From positions 659 to 64,658 of the forward strand of contig CACIBQ010000001.1 of the NCBI GenBank assembly GCA_902584915.1: a DNA stretch of 64,000 nt, read 5' to 3'. The DNA is from an uncultured Pelagibacteraceae bacterium. GTDB taxonomy: Bacteria; Pseudomonadota; Alphaproteobacteria; Pelagibacterales; Pelagibacteraceae. A program made the translations under genes and the position numbers. The notes beneath the pieces were generated by a model that ran no database searches, was not told where the DNA came from, and saw nothing but the letters and a program-made list of their open reading frames with translations. Of this stretch, positions 53,584-63,707 are shown piece by piece; position 1 is the stretch's first letter; each line of letters begins with the position of its first letter.

Positions 53584-54585
53584 ATGAGTAAAAAAATTTT
53601 TTCTGGAGTTCAACCAACAGGAAATCTTCATTTAGGAAATTATATTGGTGCAATTAAAAATTTTGTAGATTTACAAAATGATCCAAATAACTTTTGTATT
53701 TATTGTGTTGTAGACCTTCACGCAATTACTGTTAAACAAAATCCAGAAGAGTTGAAAAAAAATATTAGAGAAACTACAGCTGCTTTTATTGCAAGCGGAC
53801 TAGATTATAAAAAAAGTATAATTTTTAACCAATCTTTAGTCCCGGCTCACTCAGAAGGATCTTGGATATTAAGCTGTATAGCTAGAATGGGTTGGTTAAA
53901 TAGAATGACACAATTTAAGGAAAAAGCTGGTAAAGATAAAGAAAAAGCAAGTGTTGGGCTATATATTTATCCTATCCTAATGGCTGCTGATATTCTTTTA
54001 TATGATGCAACACATGTTCCAGTAGGTGGTGATCAAAAACAACATTTAGAACTATCAAGAGATATAGCAAACAAATTTAATTTAGATTTTAATTCACCAG
54101 ATTTTTTAATTGCACCAGAACCTTTAATACAAAAGAATTTTGCAAGAATAATGAGTTTGAAAGATGGAAATAAAAAAATGAGTAAATCAGATCCTTCTGA
54201 GTTAAGTAGAATAAATTTAAATGATAGTACTGATGAAATTTTTAATAAAATAAAAAAAGCAAAAACAGATACTCAACCACTTCCAGAAAATGAAAATGAC
54301 TTGGCTACTCGCCCAGAGGCAGAAAATTTATTAGGGATTTATTCTAGTTTAAATGATCAATCTATAAAAAATACGATTAATGAATTTTCAGGAAAAAATT
54401 TTTCAGAGTTCAAAGAAAAATTAGCTAGCTTAGTTGTAGATAAAATTTCACCTATATCATCCGAAATAAAAAAATTATTGAAAGATGAGAAGTTTATAGA
54501 TGAAGTTTTAAATAATGGTGCACAAAAAGCTGATAAAATAGCATCTGCAAAAATTAAGAATTTAAAAAAAATCATTGGTTTATAG
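53584..54585 (+). CDS. trpS: Tryptophan--tRNA ligase
   Basis: [34 protein letters not shown]. Confidence 0.99.
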   Translation: MSKKIFSGVQPTGNLHLGNYIGAIKNFVDLQNDPNNFCIYCVVDLHAITVKQNPEELKKNIRETTAAFIASGLDYKKSIIFNQSLVPAHSEGSWILSCIARMGWLNRMTQFKEKAGKDKEKASVGLYIYPILMAADILLYDATHVPVGGDQKQHLELSRDIANKFNLDFNSPDFLIAPEPLIQKNFARIMSLKDGNKKMSKSDPSELSRINLNDSTDEIFNKIKKAKTDTQPLPENENDLATRPEAENLLGIYSSLNDQSIKNTINEFSGKNFSEFKEKLASLVVDKISPISSEIKKLLKDEKFIDEVLNNGAQKADKIASAKIKNLKKIIGL

Positions 54586-54632
54586 TAAAAATTAAATCTT
54601 TAAAAAAAAATATTTCTAACTATATAGATAGT

Positions 54633-55175
54633 ATGTTCGTTCAAACGTTAAATACTCCAAACCCGAATTCGCTAAAATTTTTACCTGGAAAAAAGGTTTC
54701 ATTATCTGGACCTAAAGAATTTACTGATAAAAATGAGACTTCAAATGAACTTATTAGAAATATTTTGTCTATAAATGGAGTGTTAGGAATATTTGTTTCA
54801 GAAGATTTTTTGTCAGTAAATAAAAATTCAAAAACTGAATGGGAAGATATAAAACATATTATTATCTCGTTTATAAATGAATTTTATTCTGATGGAAATG
54901 AACATGTCTATGAAAATTTGTCTTCAGAAGATGTAAATATTAATTTAGATGAAATAGAAAAGAAAATTATTAAAATTTTAGAAACAAAAATAAGACCAGC
55001 AGTTGCTAAAGATGGAGGTGATATTAAATTTAAAGAATATAAAGATGGAAAAGTAAAAGTAGAAATGCAAGGAAGCTGTTCAGGTTGTCCAAGTTCAACT
55101 ATGACGCTAAAACAGGGTGTAGAAAATTTGCTTAAACACTATATACCAGAAGTTCAAGAAGTTATTCCGGTATAA
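54633..55175 (+). CDS. Nfu/NifU family Fe-S cluster carrier
   Basis: TPNPNSLKF N-domain; IRPAVAKDGGD, GSCSGCPSS. Confidence 0.95.
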   Translation: MFVQTLNTPNPNSLKFLPGKKVSLSGPKEFTDKNETSNELIRNILSINGVLGIFVSEDFLSVNKNSKTEWEDIKHIIISFINEFYSDGNEHVYENLSSEDVNINLDEIEKKIIKILETKIRPAVAKDGGDIKFKEYKDGKVKVEMQGSCSGCPSSTMTLKQGVENLLKHYIPEVQEVIPV

Positions 55176-55187
55176 TAAATAATTGTC

Positions 55188-56345
55188 ATGATAAAAAATG
55201 TTAAAATAAATCCAATGGATATAAAAAATTTAAGAAAGATTCTTATGAAGAAAGGTTTTCTTTTATCTAGGAAATCAATCATAACAAAACAGACAAGCAT
55301 ACTAAACTTATTCAAAATTTCTTTTGTGTCTTTGTTAGTTATTTTATTTTTTTACTTGCTACCTCCTTCATATAAATTTGTTCATAAATTACTCCAACCT
55401 AATTTAGAGATAGAAAATTCATCAAACCAAAAATTAACTCAAATATTAGAAGGTAAAATAATAGATGAAGATGAGCTAAATAATGAAAACTTTAGTATTA
55501 CTGATCAAGATTTAGTTTACCAAGAACTTTATGGTGAAGTTACAGAAGAAGATTCTCTAGAAAGCGGTGTAAGATTAAAGGCTTCAGTATTATATCAACT
55601 GTTTAAAGATACAGACTATAGTTTAAAAGATGTTAGAGTAAATAAAATTGCGAAACCTGTAGAGATTGGAAAACTTCCATATGAATTAAAGGAAATTCAA
55701 AATGTAAAGAAAAGGAAAGAATTATTTATACAAATAGTTTTGCCACTTATTCTTGAAGAAAATAATAAAGTTCTTTTAGATAGAAAAAAACTTTTTGCTA
55801 TTTTAAATAAAAATAATAATTCGAGATCAGACAATGATTGGTTAAATAAAAAATTTAAACAATATGGGATTACTAAAAAAGATATACCAACTTTAAAAAG
55901 AAGAATGGATATAATTCCTCCTTCGATGGCAATAGCACAAGCTGCAAAAGAAACAGGATGGGGAACCTCAAGATTTGCTCTTGAAGGAAATGCTTTATTT
56001 GGACAATGGACATATACATCAAAAGGAATAAAACCTGCGAACGCTGAAGCAGGTAGTACTCATAAAGTAATGATGTTTAATGTATTAAAATCATCAGTAA
56101 GAGCTTACACTAGAAATTTAAATACTCACCAATCTTATAAAATGATGAGGTATGTGAGAGCAATCCAAAGAGATAATTTAGGTGAGCTAAATAGTCTTGA
56201 ATTAGTTGATTACCTAGATAATTACGCAGAAACTGGAAAAGAATACACTGTAATTTTAAAAAAAATTATTGAACAAAATTCTTTAACTGATTTTGATGAT
56301 GTAAAAATTTTACCAACAAGTGAAGCTGTAAAAAATTTAATTTAA
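55188..56345 (+). CDS. Bax-like glucosaminidase-domain (GH73-like) membrane-anchored protein
   Basis: N-terminal TM; RKELFI, AIAQAAKETGWGTSRFA, NALFGQW, NLNTH, YAETG; exact start uncertain. Confidence 0.85.
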   Translation: MIKNVKINPMDIKNLRKILMKKGFLLSRKSIITKQTSILNLFKISFVSLLVILFFYLLPPSYKFVHKLLQPNLEIENSSNQKLTQILEGKIIDEDELNNENFSITDQDLVYQELYGEVTEEDSLESGVRLKASVLYQLFKDTDYSLKDVRVNKIAKPVEIGKLPYELKEIQNVKKRKELFIQIVLPLILEENNKVLLDRKKLFAILNKNNNSRSDNDWLNKKFKQYGITKKDIPTLKRRMDIIPPSMAIAQAAKETGWGTSRFALEGNALFGQWTYTSKGIKPANAEAGSTHKVMMFNVLKSSVRAYTRNLNTHQSYKMMRYVRAIQRDNLGELNSLELVDYLDNYAETGKEYTVILKKIIEQNSLTDFDDVKILPTSEAVKNLI

Positions 56346-56346
56346 T

Positions 56347-57411
56347 TTAATTTTCTTTTATATTTTTTAAAACAAATTGAGTTCCAAACCAACGCCATCC
56401 CTCACCATCTTGTATAGAACAATTAATCCTACCTCTTCTTGTATAAAATTTATCTCTAAAATTAATTTTTAAAACATTATCTTCTATTATAAATTTTGAT
56501 TTATTCCACCCGTCCCCTTCATTTGAAAAGCAATTTATATTAGAAATATTTTGATCTTTAAAAAATTCTACCTTCATTTTTGGGGGGTTATTATCTACTA
56601 TCATTTTTTCATCAGGGTAAATTTTCTTGTATTGAAAAGGTAGAAGCTCAACTATAAATTTAAATCTATCTAAATCTCCATACTTTTCATTTATTGGAAA
56701 TCTTGGTAACTCATATCTGTCTTTATTTAAATCAATTACACCAGAATGTTGGCCAAATGCAAATTCAAAAATACTACTTATAAATTCTTTTTGATTTTTG
56801 TCCCATTCTCCAAATGGATAAGAGAAGAAGGTAGGATTATATCCAATATTAGCCTCAAAGATCTTAATTGAATTTTTTATATCTTTTTGAAAGCTATCAA
56901 AACTATAATTGACCAAGTAATCATGTGAATGTGAATGGTTTCCAATTGTAACAAAATCATACTCTTCAATCTCTTTGATCTCACTCCAACTCATATATCC
57001 TTTTTTTCCAACTGCTTCTGTTGATATAAAAATAATATAAGGAATTTTATTTTCTTTTAAAAATGGCCATGCATTCTCATAGAAAGATCGATAACCGTCA
57101 TCAATTGTTAATAAAATTTTTTTTTCTAACTTTTCTTTAAAAAAGATTTCAGATAGAACTTTAGGGTTTACAAAATCATAACCAGATGACTCAATAATAT
57201 TTATGTGTTTTTTGAAAATATCCATTTGAATATTTGTTGAAGGATACTTTGACTCATTAAATCTATGATACATTATTGAAACAATACCTTTTTCATTGAT
57301 GAAAAATTTATTATAACTTTCTTGTGAATATGATATGTCGCTTATTAAAAAAAATATTATGACTAGTTTTATAATAGACACCACAGGTGAAAAAATTTTT
57401 TTAAAAATCAT
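56347..57411 (-). CDS. Exported polysaccharide deacetylase (CE4/NodB)
   Basis: MYHRF, LTIDDGY, GNHSHSH, FSYPFGE, LPRFP; signal-peptide-like N-terminus from Met at 57411. Confidence 0.88.
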   Translation of the reverse strand: MIFKKIFSPVVSIIKLVIIFFLISDISYSQESYNKFFINEKGIVSIMYHRFNESKYPSTNIQMDIFKKHINIIESSGYDFVNPKVLSEIFFKEKLEKKILLTIDDGYRSFYENAWPFLKENKIPYIIFISTEAVGKKGYMSWSEIKEIEEYDFVTIGNHSHSHDYLVNYSFDSFQKDIKNSIKIFEANIGYNPTFFSYPFGEWDKNQKEFISSIFEFAFGQHSGVIDLNKDRYELPRFPINEKYGDLDRFKFIVELLPFQYKKIYPDEKMIVDNNPPKMKVEFFKDQNISNINCFSNEGDGWNKSKFIIEDNVLKINFRDKFYTRRGRINCSIQDGEGWRWFGTQFVLKNIKEN

Positions 57412-57736
57412 ATCAGGTGATAAAGAATATATTAATAACAATAATAACTGTAGAGAAAACTTTGATAAATTTGTAAAAATAATTTTCAGTTTTCTTGAGC
57501 AAAATAATATTAATTTATCTAAGATTGATAATATATTCATAAATCAAGGACCTGGGCAATATACCAGTATAAGGTCAGCTATAAGTATTGTTAAAGCATT
57601 GAAAATTTCAAAAAAAATTAATATTTATGGTTATTATTCAACACAAATTATCAATAATAACTATGATATTTTATTTAATCTATTAAAGGAAGGAAGGTTG
57701 ACAAAAAATTTTATTCAACCACAATATTCAAATTAA
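57359..57736 (+). CDS. tsaB: Short TsaB (YeaZ)-like protein, 125 aa
   Basis: FIIDTT, NQGPGQYTSIRSAIS..KAL, terminal PQY; usual tsaB slot upstream of fur-miaB. Confidence 0.75.
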   Translation: MTSFIIDTTGEKIFLKIISGDKEYINNNNNCRENFDKFVKIIFSFLEQNNINLSKIDNIFINQGPGQYTSIRSAISIVKALKISKKINIYGYYSTQIINNNYDILFNLLKEGRLTKNFIQPQYSN

Positions 57737-57744
57737 TATTAATT

Positions 57745-58155
57745 ATGAATGAAACTATAGAACAAAAATGTATCTCCAAAGGTGTAAAACTCACTGAGCA
57801 AAGAAAAATTATTGCAAAAGTTATGTCAGAGGCAAATGACCATCCAGATGTTGATGAGCTTTATAACCGTGTTTCAAAAATTGATTCAAAGATAAGCATT
57901 GCCACTGTTTATAGAACTGTAAAACTTTTTGAGGAGGCGGGTATAGTTACTAAACATGATTTTAAAGGTGGTAAAGCACGTTATGAAGAATTAAACGAGA
58001 GTCATCATGATCATTTGATTGATATTAAAACAGGAGAAATCATTGAATTTGTTGACGATGAAATTGAAAAACTTCAAAAAAAAGTTGCAGAAAAATATGG
58101 ATATGAACTTGTAGACCATAAGTTGGAACTTTATGGAGTTAAAAAAAATAAGTGA
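57745..58155 (+). CDS. fur: Fur family metal-responsive regulator (Fur/Mur type)
   Basis: LTEQRK, HPDVDELY, SIATVYRT, HHDHLID, EIIEF. Confidence 0.93.
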   Translation: MNETIEQKCISKGVKLTEQRKIIAKVMSEANDHPDVDELYNRVSKIDSKISIATVYRTVKLFEEAGIVTKHDFKGGKARYEELNESHHDHLIDIKTGEIIEFVDDEIEKLQKKVAEKYGYELVDHKLELYGVKKNK

Positions 58156-59483
58156 GTAAAAAAATTTATATCAAAACTTTTGGCTGTCAAATGAATGAGT
58201 ACGACAGCAACAGGATATTTGATATCGTCAAAAATATTGGATATGAAAAATCAAATGATCAAAATAATGCTGATTGTTACATTATAAATACTTGCCACAT
58301 TAGAGATAAAGCAAAAGAAAAAGTTTTTCATGAAGTAGGGAGAGTTAAAAAAATATATTCAAATAAAGATAAACCAGTAATGATAATTGCTGGATGTGTC
58401 GCTCAGGCTGAAAACCAAGAAATTTTAAAACGAGAACCTTACATTGATGTTGTTATTGGACCGCAATCTTATCATAAAATAAATAAGATTTTATATAACT
58501 TTCAGAAAAATAAAAAAGAAGACGAAACAGAATTTGACACAGTTGCCAAATTTGATTTATTGGAAAAAATAAAAAACTCAGATAACAAAGTATCATCTTT
58601 TTTAACTATCCAAGAAGGCTGCGATAAGTTTTGCCGTTTTTGTGTAGTACCTTATACAAGAGGACCCGAGTGTTCTAGGCCATTCAAAACTATAATTAAT
58701 GAAGCTGAGGAATTAATTAAGAATGGAGCAAGAGAAATTACTCTTTTAGGTCAAAATGTTAATGCTTATAGTTTTAAAGAAAATAATAATGAATATAAAA
58801 TTTCTAATTTGCTAAATGAATTAGAAAATTACTCTGAATTAAAGAGAATTAGATATACCACATCACACCCTGTAGATATGACGGATGACTTAATTGAATG
58901 TTATGCTTCAAATAAAAAATTAATGCCGTTTATTCATTTACCAATACAATCTGGCTCAAATAAGGTTTTAAAACTTATGAATAGAAAACATAAAGTTGAA
59001 GATTATTTAAATATTTATTATAAATTAATAAAAATTAATCCTTTAATTAAATTTTCAAGTGATTTTATAATTGGCTATCCAGGAGAAGAACAAGTTGATT
59101 TTGATAAAACAGTAGAACTTGTAAAAGAAATAAAATTTATAAATTCATTTTCGTTCATATTTAGCCCACGACCCGGAACTCAAGCTTCTAAATTGAAAGA
59201 ATTAAATAATTCAATTTCAAAAGAAAGACTAATTAAATTACAATCTTTTTTATTTAAAAATCAAATTGATCATAATAAATCTTTAGAGAATAAAGAAATT
59301 GATGTTTTGGTTGAGAATAAAACAAAAGACCAAAACAAGTATTTTGGGAGAAACGAATACTTTAATTCTGTTATTTACAGTTCTGATAAAAATGATATTG
59401 GAAAAATAGTTAAAGTAAATATAGAAAACAGTAATCAAAATACACTTTTTGGAAAAATTAAAAATAAAATGAAAGCCGCATAA
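58152..59483 (+). CDS. miaB: tRNA-i6A37 methylthiotransferase
   Basis: TFGCQMNEYDS, NTC, GCVAQ, QEGCDKFCRFCVVPYTRG, TRAM domain. Confidence 0.98.
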   Translation: MSKKIYIKTFGCQMNEYDSNRIFDIVKNIGYEKSNDQNNADCYIINTCHIRDKAKEKVFHEVGRVKKIYSNKDKPVMIIAGCVAQAENQEILKREPYIDVVIGPQSYHKINKILYNFQKNKKEDETEFDTVAKFDLLEKIKNSDNKVSSFLTIQEGCDKFCRFCVVPYTRGPECSRPFKTIINEAEELIKNGAREITLLGQNVNAYSFKENNNEYKISNLLNELENYSELKRIRYTTSHPVDMTDDLIECYASNKKLMPFIHLPIQSGSNKVLKLMNRKHKVEDYLNIYYKLIKINPLIKFSSDFIIGYPGEEQVDFDKTVELVKEIKFINSFSFIFSPRPGTQASKLKELNNSISKERLIKLQSFLFKNQIDHNKSLENKEIDVLVENKTKDQNKYFGRNEYFNSVIYSSDKNDIGKIVKVNIENSNQNTLFGKIKNKMKAA

Positions 59484-59484
59484 T

Positions 59485-60489
59485 TTGAGTAACTTTGTCT
59501 CTAAAAAAATTAAATCAGACTTAAAATTTGTTTACTCAGAAAATAGTACTGTAAGCATAATCTTTTCTAGCAATGAAGATTTACTAGGTGTAGCAGGAGA
59601 GTTTAATAATAATATTAAAGAATTAGAAAAGGTAACTAAAACTTCAATTTACTCAAGAGGTAATTCAATAATTTTAAAAAATGATCAAAAAAAAAATGAA
59701 ATTGTTAAGAATGCTATTAATTTTTTATACGACCAATACATTATTAATGGATCTATTGAAAAAAAAGATATAATTTCTTCAGTAAATAAATTTATGATAG
59801 ATGAAAAAAGCAAATCTAAAAGAAATATTGAGTATATAATTAAAACACCAAAAAAATCTGTAATTCCAAGATCAGAAAAACAAAAAAATTATGTAAGAGC
59901 TTTAAAAGAGAGTGAAATTATAATTTCTGCAGGGCCTGCTGGTACTGGGAAAACTTTTTTAGCAGTAGCAGTAGCTTTAACTATGCTTTTAGAAAAAAAA
60001 ATTGAGAGAATAATATTATCTAGACCAGCAGTAGAAGCTGGAGAAAGATTAGGTTTTTTACCAGGGGATATGAGAGAAAAGGTAGATCCATATCTTAGGC
60101 CACTTTATGACTCTTTATATGATTTATTAGATTTTGAAAAAATACAAAAAAAGATAGAGGTTGGAGACATAGAAATTGCACCATTAGCTTTTATGAGAGG
60201 AAGAACATTAAAAAATTCATTTGCTATTTTAGATGAAGCTCAAAATGCAACTGATACACAAATAAAAATGTTTTTAACAAGAATAGGTGAAAATTCAAAA
60301 ATTGTAATAAATGGAGATCCTTCTCAAATTGATCTACCAAACAAAAGTCTATCAGGTTTAAATAAATCTAAAAAATTATTAGGCCATTTAAATGAAATTT
60401 CCGTTGTAGATTTTGATCATACTGATGTAGTTAGACATCCATTGGTATCAAAAATCGTTAAAGCTTATTCAGATCAAAAAACTGAATAA
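59485..60489 (+). CDS. phoH: PhoH family ATPase
   Basis: GPAGTGKT, RPAVEAGERLGFLPG, AFMRGRT, DEAQN, VVRHPLV. Confidence 0.95.
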   Translation: MSNFVSKKIKSDLKFVYSENSTVSIIFSSNEDLLGVAGEFNNNIKELEKVTKTSIYSRGNSIILKNDQKKNEIVKNAINFLYDQYIINGSIEKKDIISSVNKFMIDEKSKSKRNIEYIIKTPKKSVIPRSEKQKNYVRALKESEIIISAGPAGTGKTFLAVAVALTMLLEKKIERIILSRPAVEAGERLGFLPGDMREKVDPYLRPLYDSLYDLLDFEKIQKKIEVGDIEIAPLAFMRGRTLKNSFAILDEAQNATDTQIKMFLTRIGENSKIVINGDPSQIDLPNKSLSGLNKSKKLLGHLNEISVVDFDHTDVVRHPLVSKIVKAYSDQKTE

Positions 60490-60923
60490 TGATTAAAGCA
60501 AATGTTATTTTAGATTATTCTAAATGGAAAAATAAAATTAAAAATCCAAATAATTATTTAAAAAAAAAACTTAACAAACTTTCTAAAATTCCTTATTTTA
60601 AAAAAAAAAAACAAGAATTTTCAATACTCTTAACAAATAGTAGAAAAATGAAAAATTTAAATTTCAAGTTTAGAAGAAAAAATAAACCTACCGATGTTCT
60701 TTCATTTCAATCTAACGATAGTGTATATATAGGAGATATTGCAATAAGTTATGAAATAATTAATAAAAGATCAAAATTATCAAATTTTTTTCTAGAATTT
60801 GATAAAATTTGGATACATGGATATTTTCATTTAATTGGATATGATCATAAAAAATTAAAAGATTTTAAAAAAATGTCTAAAAAAGAAAATTTAGTCTTAA
60901 ATTATTTCCATAAAATAAATTGA
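60489..60923 (+). CDS. ybeY: rRNA maturation endoribonuclease YbeY
   Basis: FRRKNKPTDVLSF, GDI, HGYFHLIGYDH. Confidence 0.95.
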   Translation: MIKANVILDYSKWKNKIKNPNNYLKKKLNKLSKIPYFKKKKQEFSILLTNSRKMKNLNFKFRRKNKPTDVLSFQSNDSVYIGDIAISYEIINKRSKLSNFFLEFDKIWIHGYFHLIGYDHKKLKDFKKMSKKENLVLNYFHKIN

Positions 60924-62440
60924 CATTATTATCGCAAAAAAAATTATTTATTTATATAATACCTTTTATCCTGGGTTTAATTACGTCTTTTAGCCTTCCA
61001 CCATATAGCTTTATTTTTATAAATTTTATAACTTTTCCACTTCTTTTAATTTATCTAATAAAAAACCATGAAAAGGGAAAATGGACATCTTTTAAAATTG
61101 GATGGATGTTTGGATTTGGATATTTTATTTCAAATTTATATTGGATAACTAACGCACTAACCTTTGAAGAAAATTTTAAACCTTTAATACCAATTGCTTT
61201 AATTTTAATTCCATTATTTTTAGGAGTTTTTTATGGGATAACAACATTCGCTTGCTCTTTTTTTTCTTTAAATAAAAAATTTTCTTCAATCTTAATTTTC
61301 TCATTTTTTTTTTCTTTAATTGAGTTCATCAGAGGTTCTATTTTAGGTGGATTCCCATGGAATCTACCCGCTTTCGCATGGACTGATTATATATATTTTT
61401 TACAAACTTTATCATTTATTGGAACTTATTCATTTAATTTATTAAGTTTAACTTTTTTTTTAATACCTACTATTATTTTATTTAAATATAGAAAAATAAC
61501 AAAACTATTTTTTTTAGCTTTTTCATTGATGATATTAATAATAAATTTTTTTTATGGTTCTTTAATTATCAATAATAATGAAAAAATAAGTGAAACTAAT
61601 TTAGATTTCTTAATTAAAATTATTTCACCTAATATTGATATTTATAGATATTTTGAAAATGAAAATCCTGAAAAAATAATTTCAGAATTAGTTAATATAA
61701 GTAATCCAAAAGATTCAGAAGAGACTATTTTTATTTTCCCAGAAGGAGTACTTACCAATGTTTTTTTGGAAGATCTAAAAAATTATAGCTACATATTTGA
61801 AGATAGTTATTCAGAGCAGCATAAAATTATTTTAGGAATAAATAGTATGGAAGGTAAAAAAGTATTTAATTCGATGGTAGTTTTAGATAGAAATTTAAAT
61901 ATCTTAGATAAATATAATAAAAATAAACTAGTCCCCTTTGGCGAGTTTTTACCTTTTGAAAATTTTTTCAACAAATTTGGTTTGAGGAAAATTACTCAGG
62001 GTTATAAATCTTTTTCAAAAGACAATGAAAGAAAGATAATAATCTTAAATAATATAAATTTTATTCCATTAATTTGTTATGAAATAATTTATTCAGGGAA
62101 AATAAATAAAAATAATGATAATTTTGATTTAATATTAAATATATCTGAAGATGGTTGGTTTGGGAATACTGTAGGACCTTATCAACACTTTTCACACTCA
62201 ATATTCAGATCTATAGAAGAAGGAAAAAACCTCATTCGTTCGGCAAATAATGGTATCTCTGCATTTATAAATTCGAAAGGACAAATAATAAAACAGATTA
62301 AATCAACCGAGAGTGGAGTTATTGAAGTAAAAAGTTTTTATAAAACAAAAAAAACTCTTTTTAGTTCGTTAGGTAACAAGATCTTCTTTTATTTTTTAAT
62401 ATTTTATATTATTTTGATTTTTTTTTTAAAAAAAAAATAG
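60920..62440 (+). CDS. lnt: Apolipoprotein N-acyltransferase
   Basis: GGFPWN, FPEG, YNKNKLVPFGEFLP, ICYE, RSANNGIS. Confidence 0.96.
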   Translation: MTLLSQKKLFIYIIPFILGLITSFSLPPYSFIFINFITFPLLLIYLIKNHEKGKWTSFKIGWMFGFGYFISNLYWITNALTFEENFKPLIPIALILIPLFLGVFYGITTFACSFFSLNKKFSSILIFSFFFSLIEFIRGSILGGFPWNLPAFAWTDYIYFLQTLSFIGTYSFNLLSLTFFLIPTIILFKYRKITKLFFLAFSLMILIINFFYGSLIINNNEKISETNLDFLIKIISPNIDIYRYFENENPEKIISELVNISNPKDSEETIFIFPEGVLTNVFLEDLKNYSYIFEDSYSEQHKIILGINSMEGKKVFNSMVVLDRNLNILDKYNKNKLVPFGEFLPFENFFNKFGLRKITQGYKSFSKDNERKIIILNNINFIPLICYEIIYSGKINKNNDNFDLILNISEDGWFGNTVGPYQHFSHSIFRSIEEGKNLIRSANNGISAFINSKGQIIKQIKSTESGVIEVKSFYKTKKTLFSSLGNKIFFYFLIFYIILIFFLKKK

Positions 62441-62448
62441 GAGAATAG

Positions 62449-63612
62449 ATGAAAAAAAATTTTTTATTTACTAGTGAATCAGTTTCAGAAGGACATCCAG
62501 ATAAAGTTTGTGATAGAATTTCAGACATGGTGGTTGATTCTTATTTAGGTGCAGAACCTCAATCAAGAGTTGCTTGTGAAACTTTAACAACTACAAATAA
62601 AGTTGTTTTAGCCGGAGAAGTAAGAGGGCCTGAAATTAAAAAAGATGACTTAATTCAAAAAGTTAGAGATTGTATAAAAGATATTGGATATGACCAAGAA
62701 GGCTTCACATGGAAAGAAGCTACCAAGATAGAAAGTCATTTGCATTCACAATCTGCAGATATAGCAATGGGTGTTGATTCCGCTGGAAATAAAGATGAAG
62801 GAGCTGGAGACCAAGGAATAATGTTTGGATATGCATGTAACGAAACAGATGTGTTAATGCCAGCGCCTATACATTATTCGCATAAGATTTTAAGATTGAT
62901 GGCAGAAGATAGAAAATCTGGAAAGTTAAAAAATATTGAGCCTGATTCAAAAAGTCAAATTACAATTGAATACAAAGATGGAAAACCAGCAAATGTTAAA
63001 TCAGTAGTAATTTCAACTCAACATTCAGCTGAAGTTAATCAATCTCAAGTAAGAGAATTGGTTAAACCTTATATAGAAAAATCAATTCCAAAAAATCTTT
63101 TAAATGGATTACAAGAAAGTGAAATTTATGTAAATCCAACTGGAAATTTTGTAATTGGTGGTCCAGATGGAGATAGTGGATTAACAGGAAGAAAAATTAT
63201 TGTTGATACATATGGAGGAGCAGCACCACATGGTGGAGGAGCTTTTTCTGGAAAAGATCCAACAAAGGTTGATAGATCAGCAGCATACGCATCAAGATAC
63301 TTAGCTAAAAATGTAGTAGCTTCAAAAATTGCAGACAAATGTTTAATACAACTTGCTTATGCGATAGGAGTTTCAAAACCTTTATCAATTTATGTAGATC
63401 TTTTTGATAACGATGAGGAAAAAAATAGACATGTAGAAAAATTAATTAACGAGAATTTCGATCTAAGTCCAAGAGGGATAAGGGAAATGTTAGGTTTAAA
63501 CAAAGCTATATATGAAAAAACAGCAGCATATGGACATTTTGGAAGAGACCCAGAACCAAATGGTGCATTTTCATGGGAAAAAACTGATAAAGCCGACATT
63601 TTTAAGAGTTAA
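62449..63612 (+). CDS. metK: S-adenosylmethionine synthetase
   Basis: [35 protein letters not shown]. Confidence 0.99.
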   Translation: MKKNFLFTSESVSEGHPDKVCDRISDMVVDSYLGAEPQSRVACETLTTTNKVVLAGEVRGPEIKKDDLIQKVRDCIKDIGYDQEGFTWKEATKIESHLHSQSADIAMGVDSAGNKDEGAGDQGIMFGYACNETDVLMPAPIHYSHKILRLMAEDRKSGKLKNIEPDSKSQITIEYKDGKPANVKSVVISTQHSAEVNQSQVRELVKPYIEKSIPKNLLNGLQESEIYVNPTGNFVIGGPDGDSGLTGRKIIVDTYGGAAPHGGGAFSGKDPTKVDRSAAYASRYLAKNVVASKIADKCLIQLAYAIGVSKPLSIYVDLFDNDEEKNRHVEKLINENFDLSPRGIREMLGLNKAIYEKTAAYGHFGRDPEPNGAFSWEKTDKADIFKS

Positions 63613-63618
63613 ATAAAG

Positions 63619-63646
63619 TTGAAAAGATAAAAAAAATACCTATATT
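63619..63646 (+). promoter_or_regulatory. Putative sigma70 promoter of nusA
   Basis: TTGAAA-N16-TATATT just after the metK stop. Confidence 0.5.
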
Positions 63647-63668
63647 CACATCACATTGTTGAAATTTC

Positions 63669-63695
63669 AAAATGGGCCTCGGCCCATTTTTTTTT
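63669..63695 (+). terminator. Intrinsic terminator or attenuator directly upstream of nusA
   Basis: AAAATGGGC-CTCG-GCCCATTTT hairpin with T9 run ending 12 nt before the nusA ATG. Confidence 0.85.
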
Positions 63696-63707
63696 GGAAA
63701 AATAAAA

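Noticed and set aside
57412-57540. 43-aa N-terminal extension of the deacetylase in the ORF track
   Set aside because: It is the antisense of tsaB; the signal-peptide-like sequence begins at Met 57411
62441-62448. SAM riboswitch upstream of metK
   Set aside because: Only 8 nt separate lnt from metK and no aptamer-like sequence is visible
8324-63599. Many 60-170 aa ORFs antisense to or nested in core genes (e.g. 14303..14764, 26748..27263, 45500..45841, 34666..34974)
   Set aside because: Shadow frames of well-conserved genes; no motifs or independent expression signals
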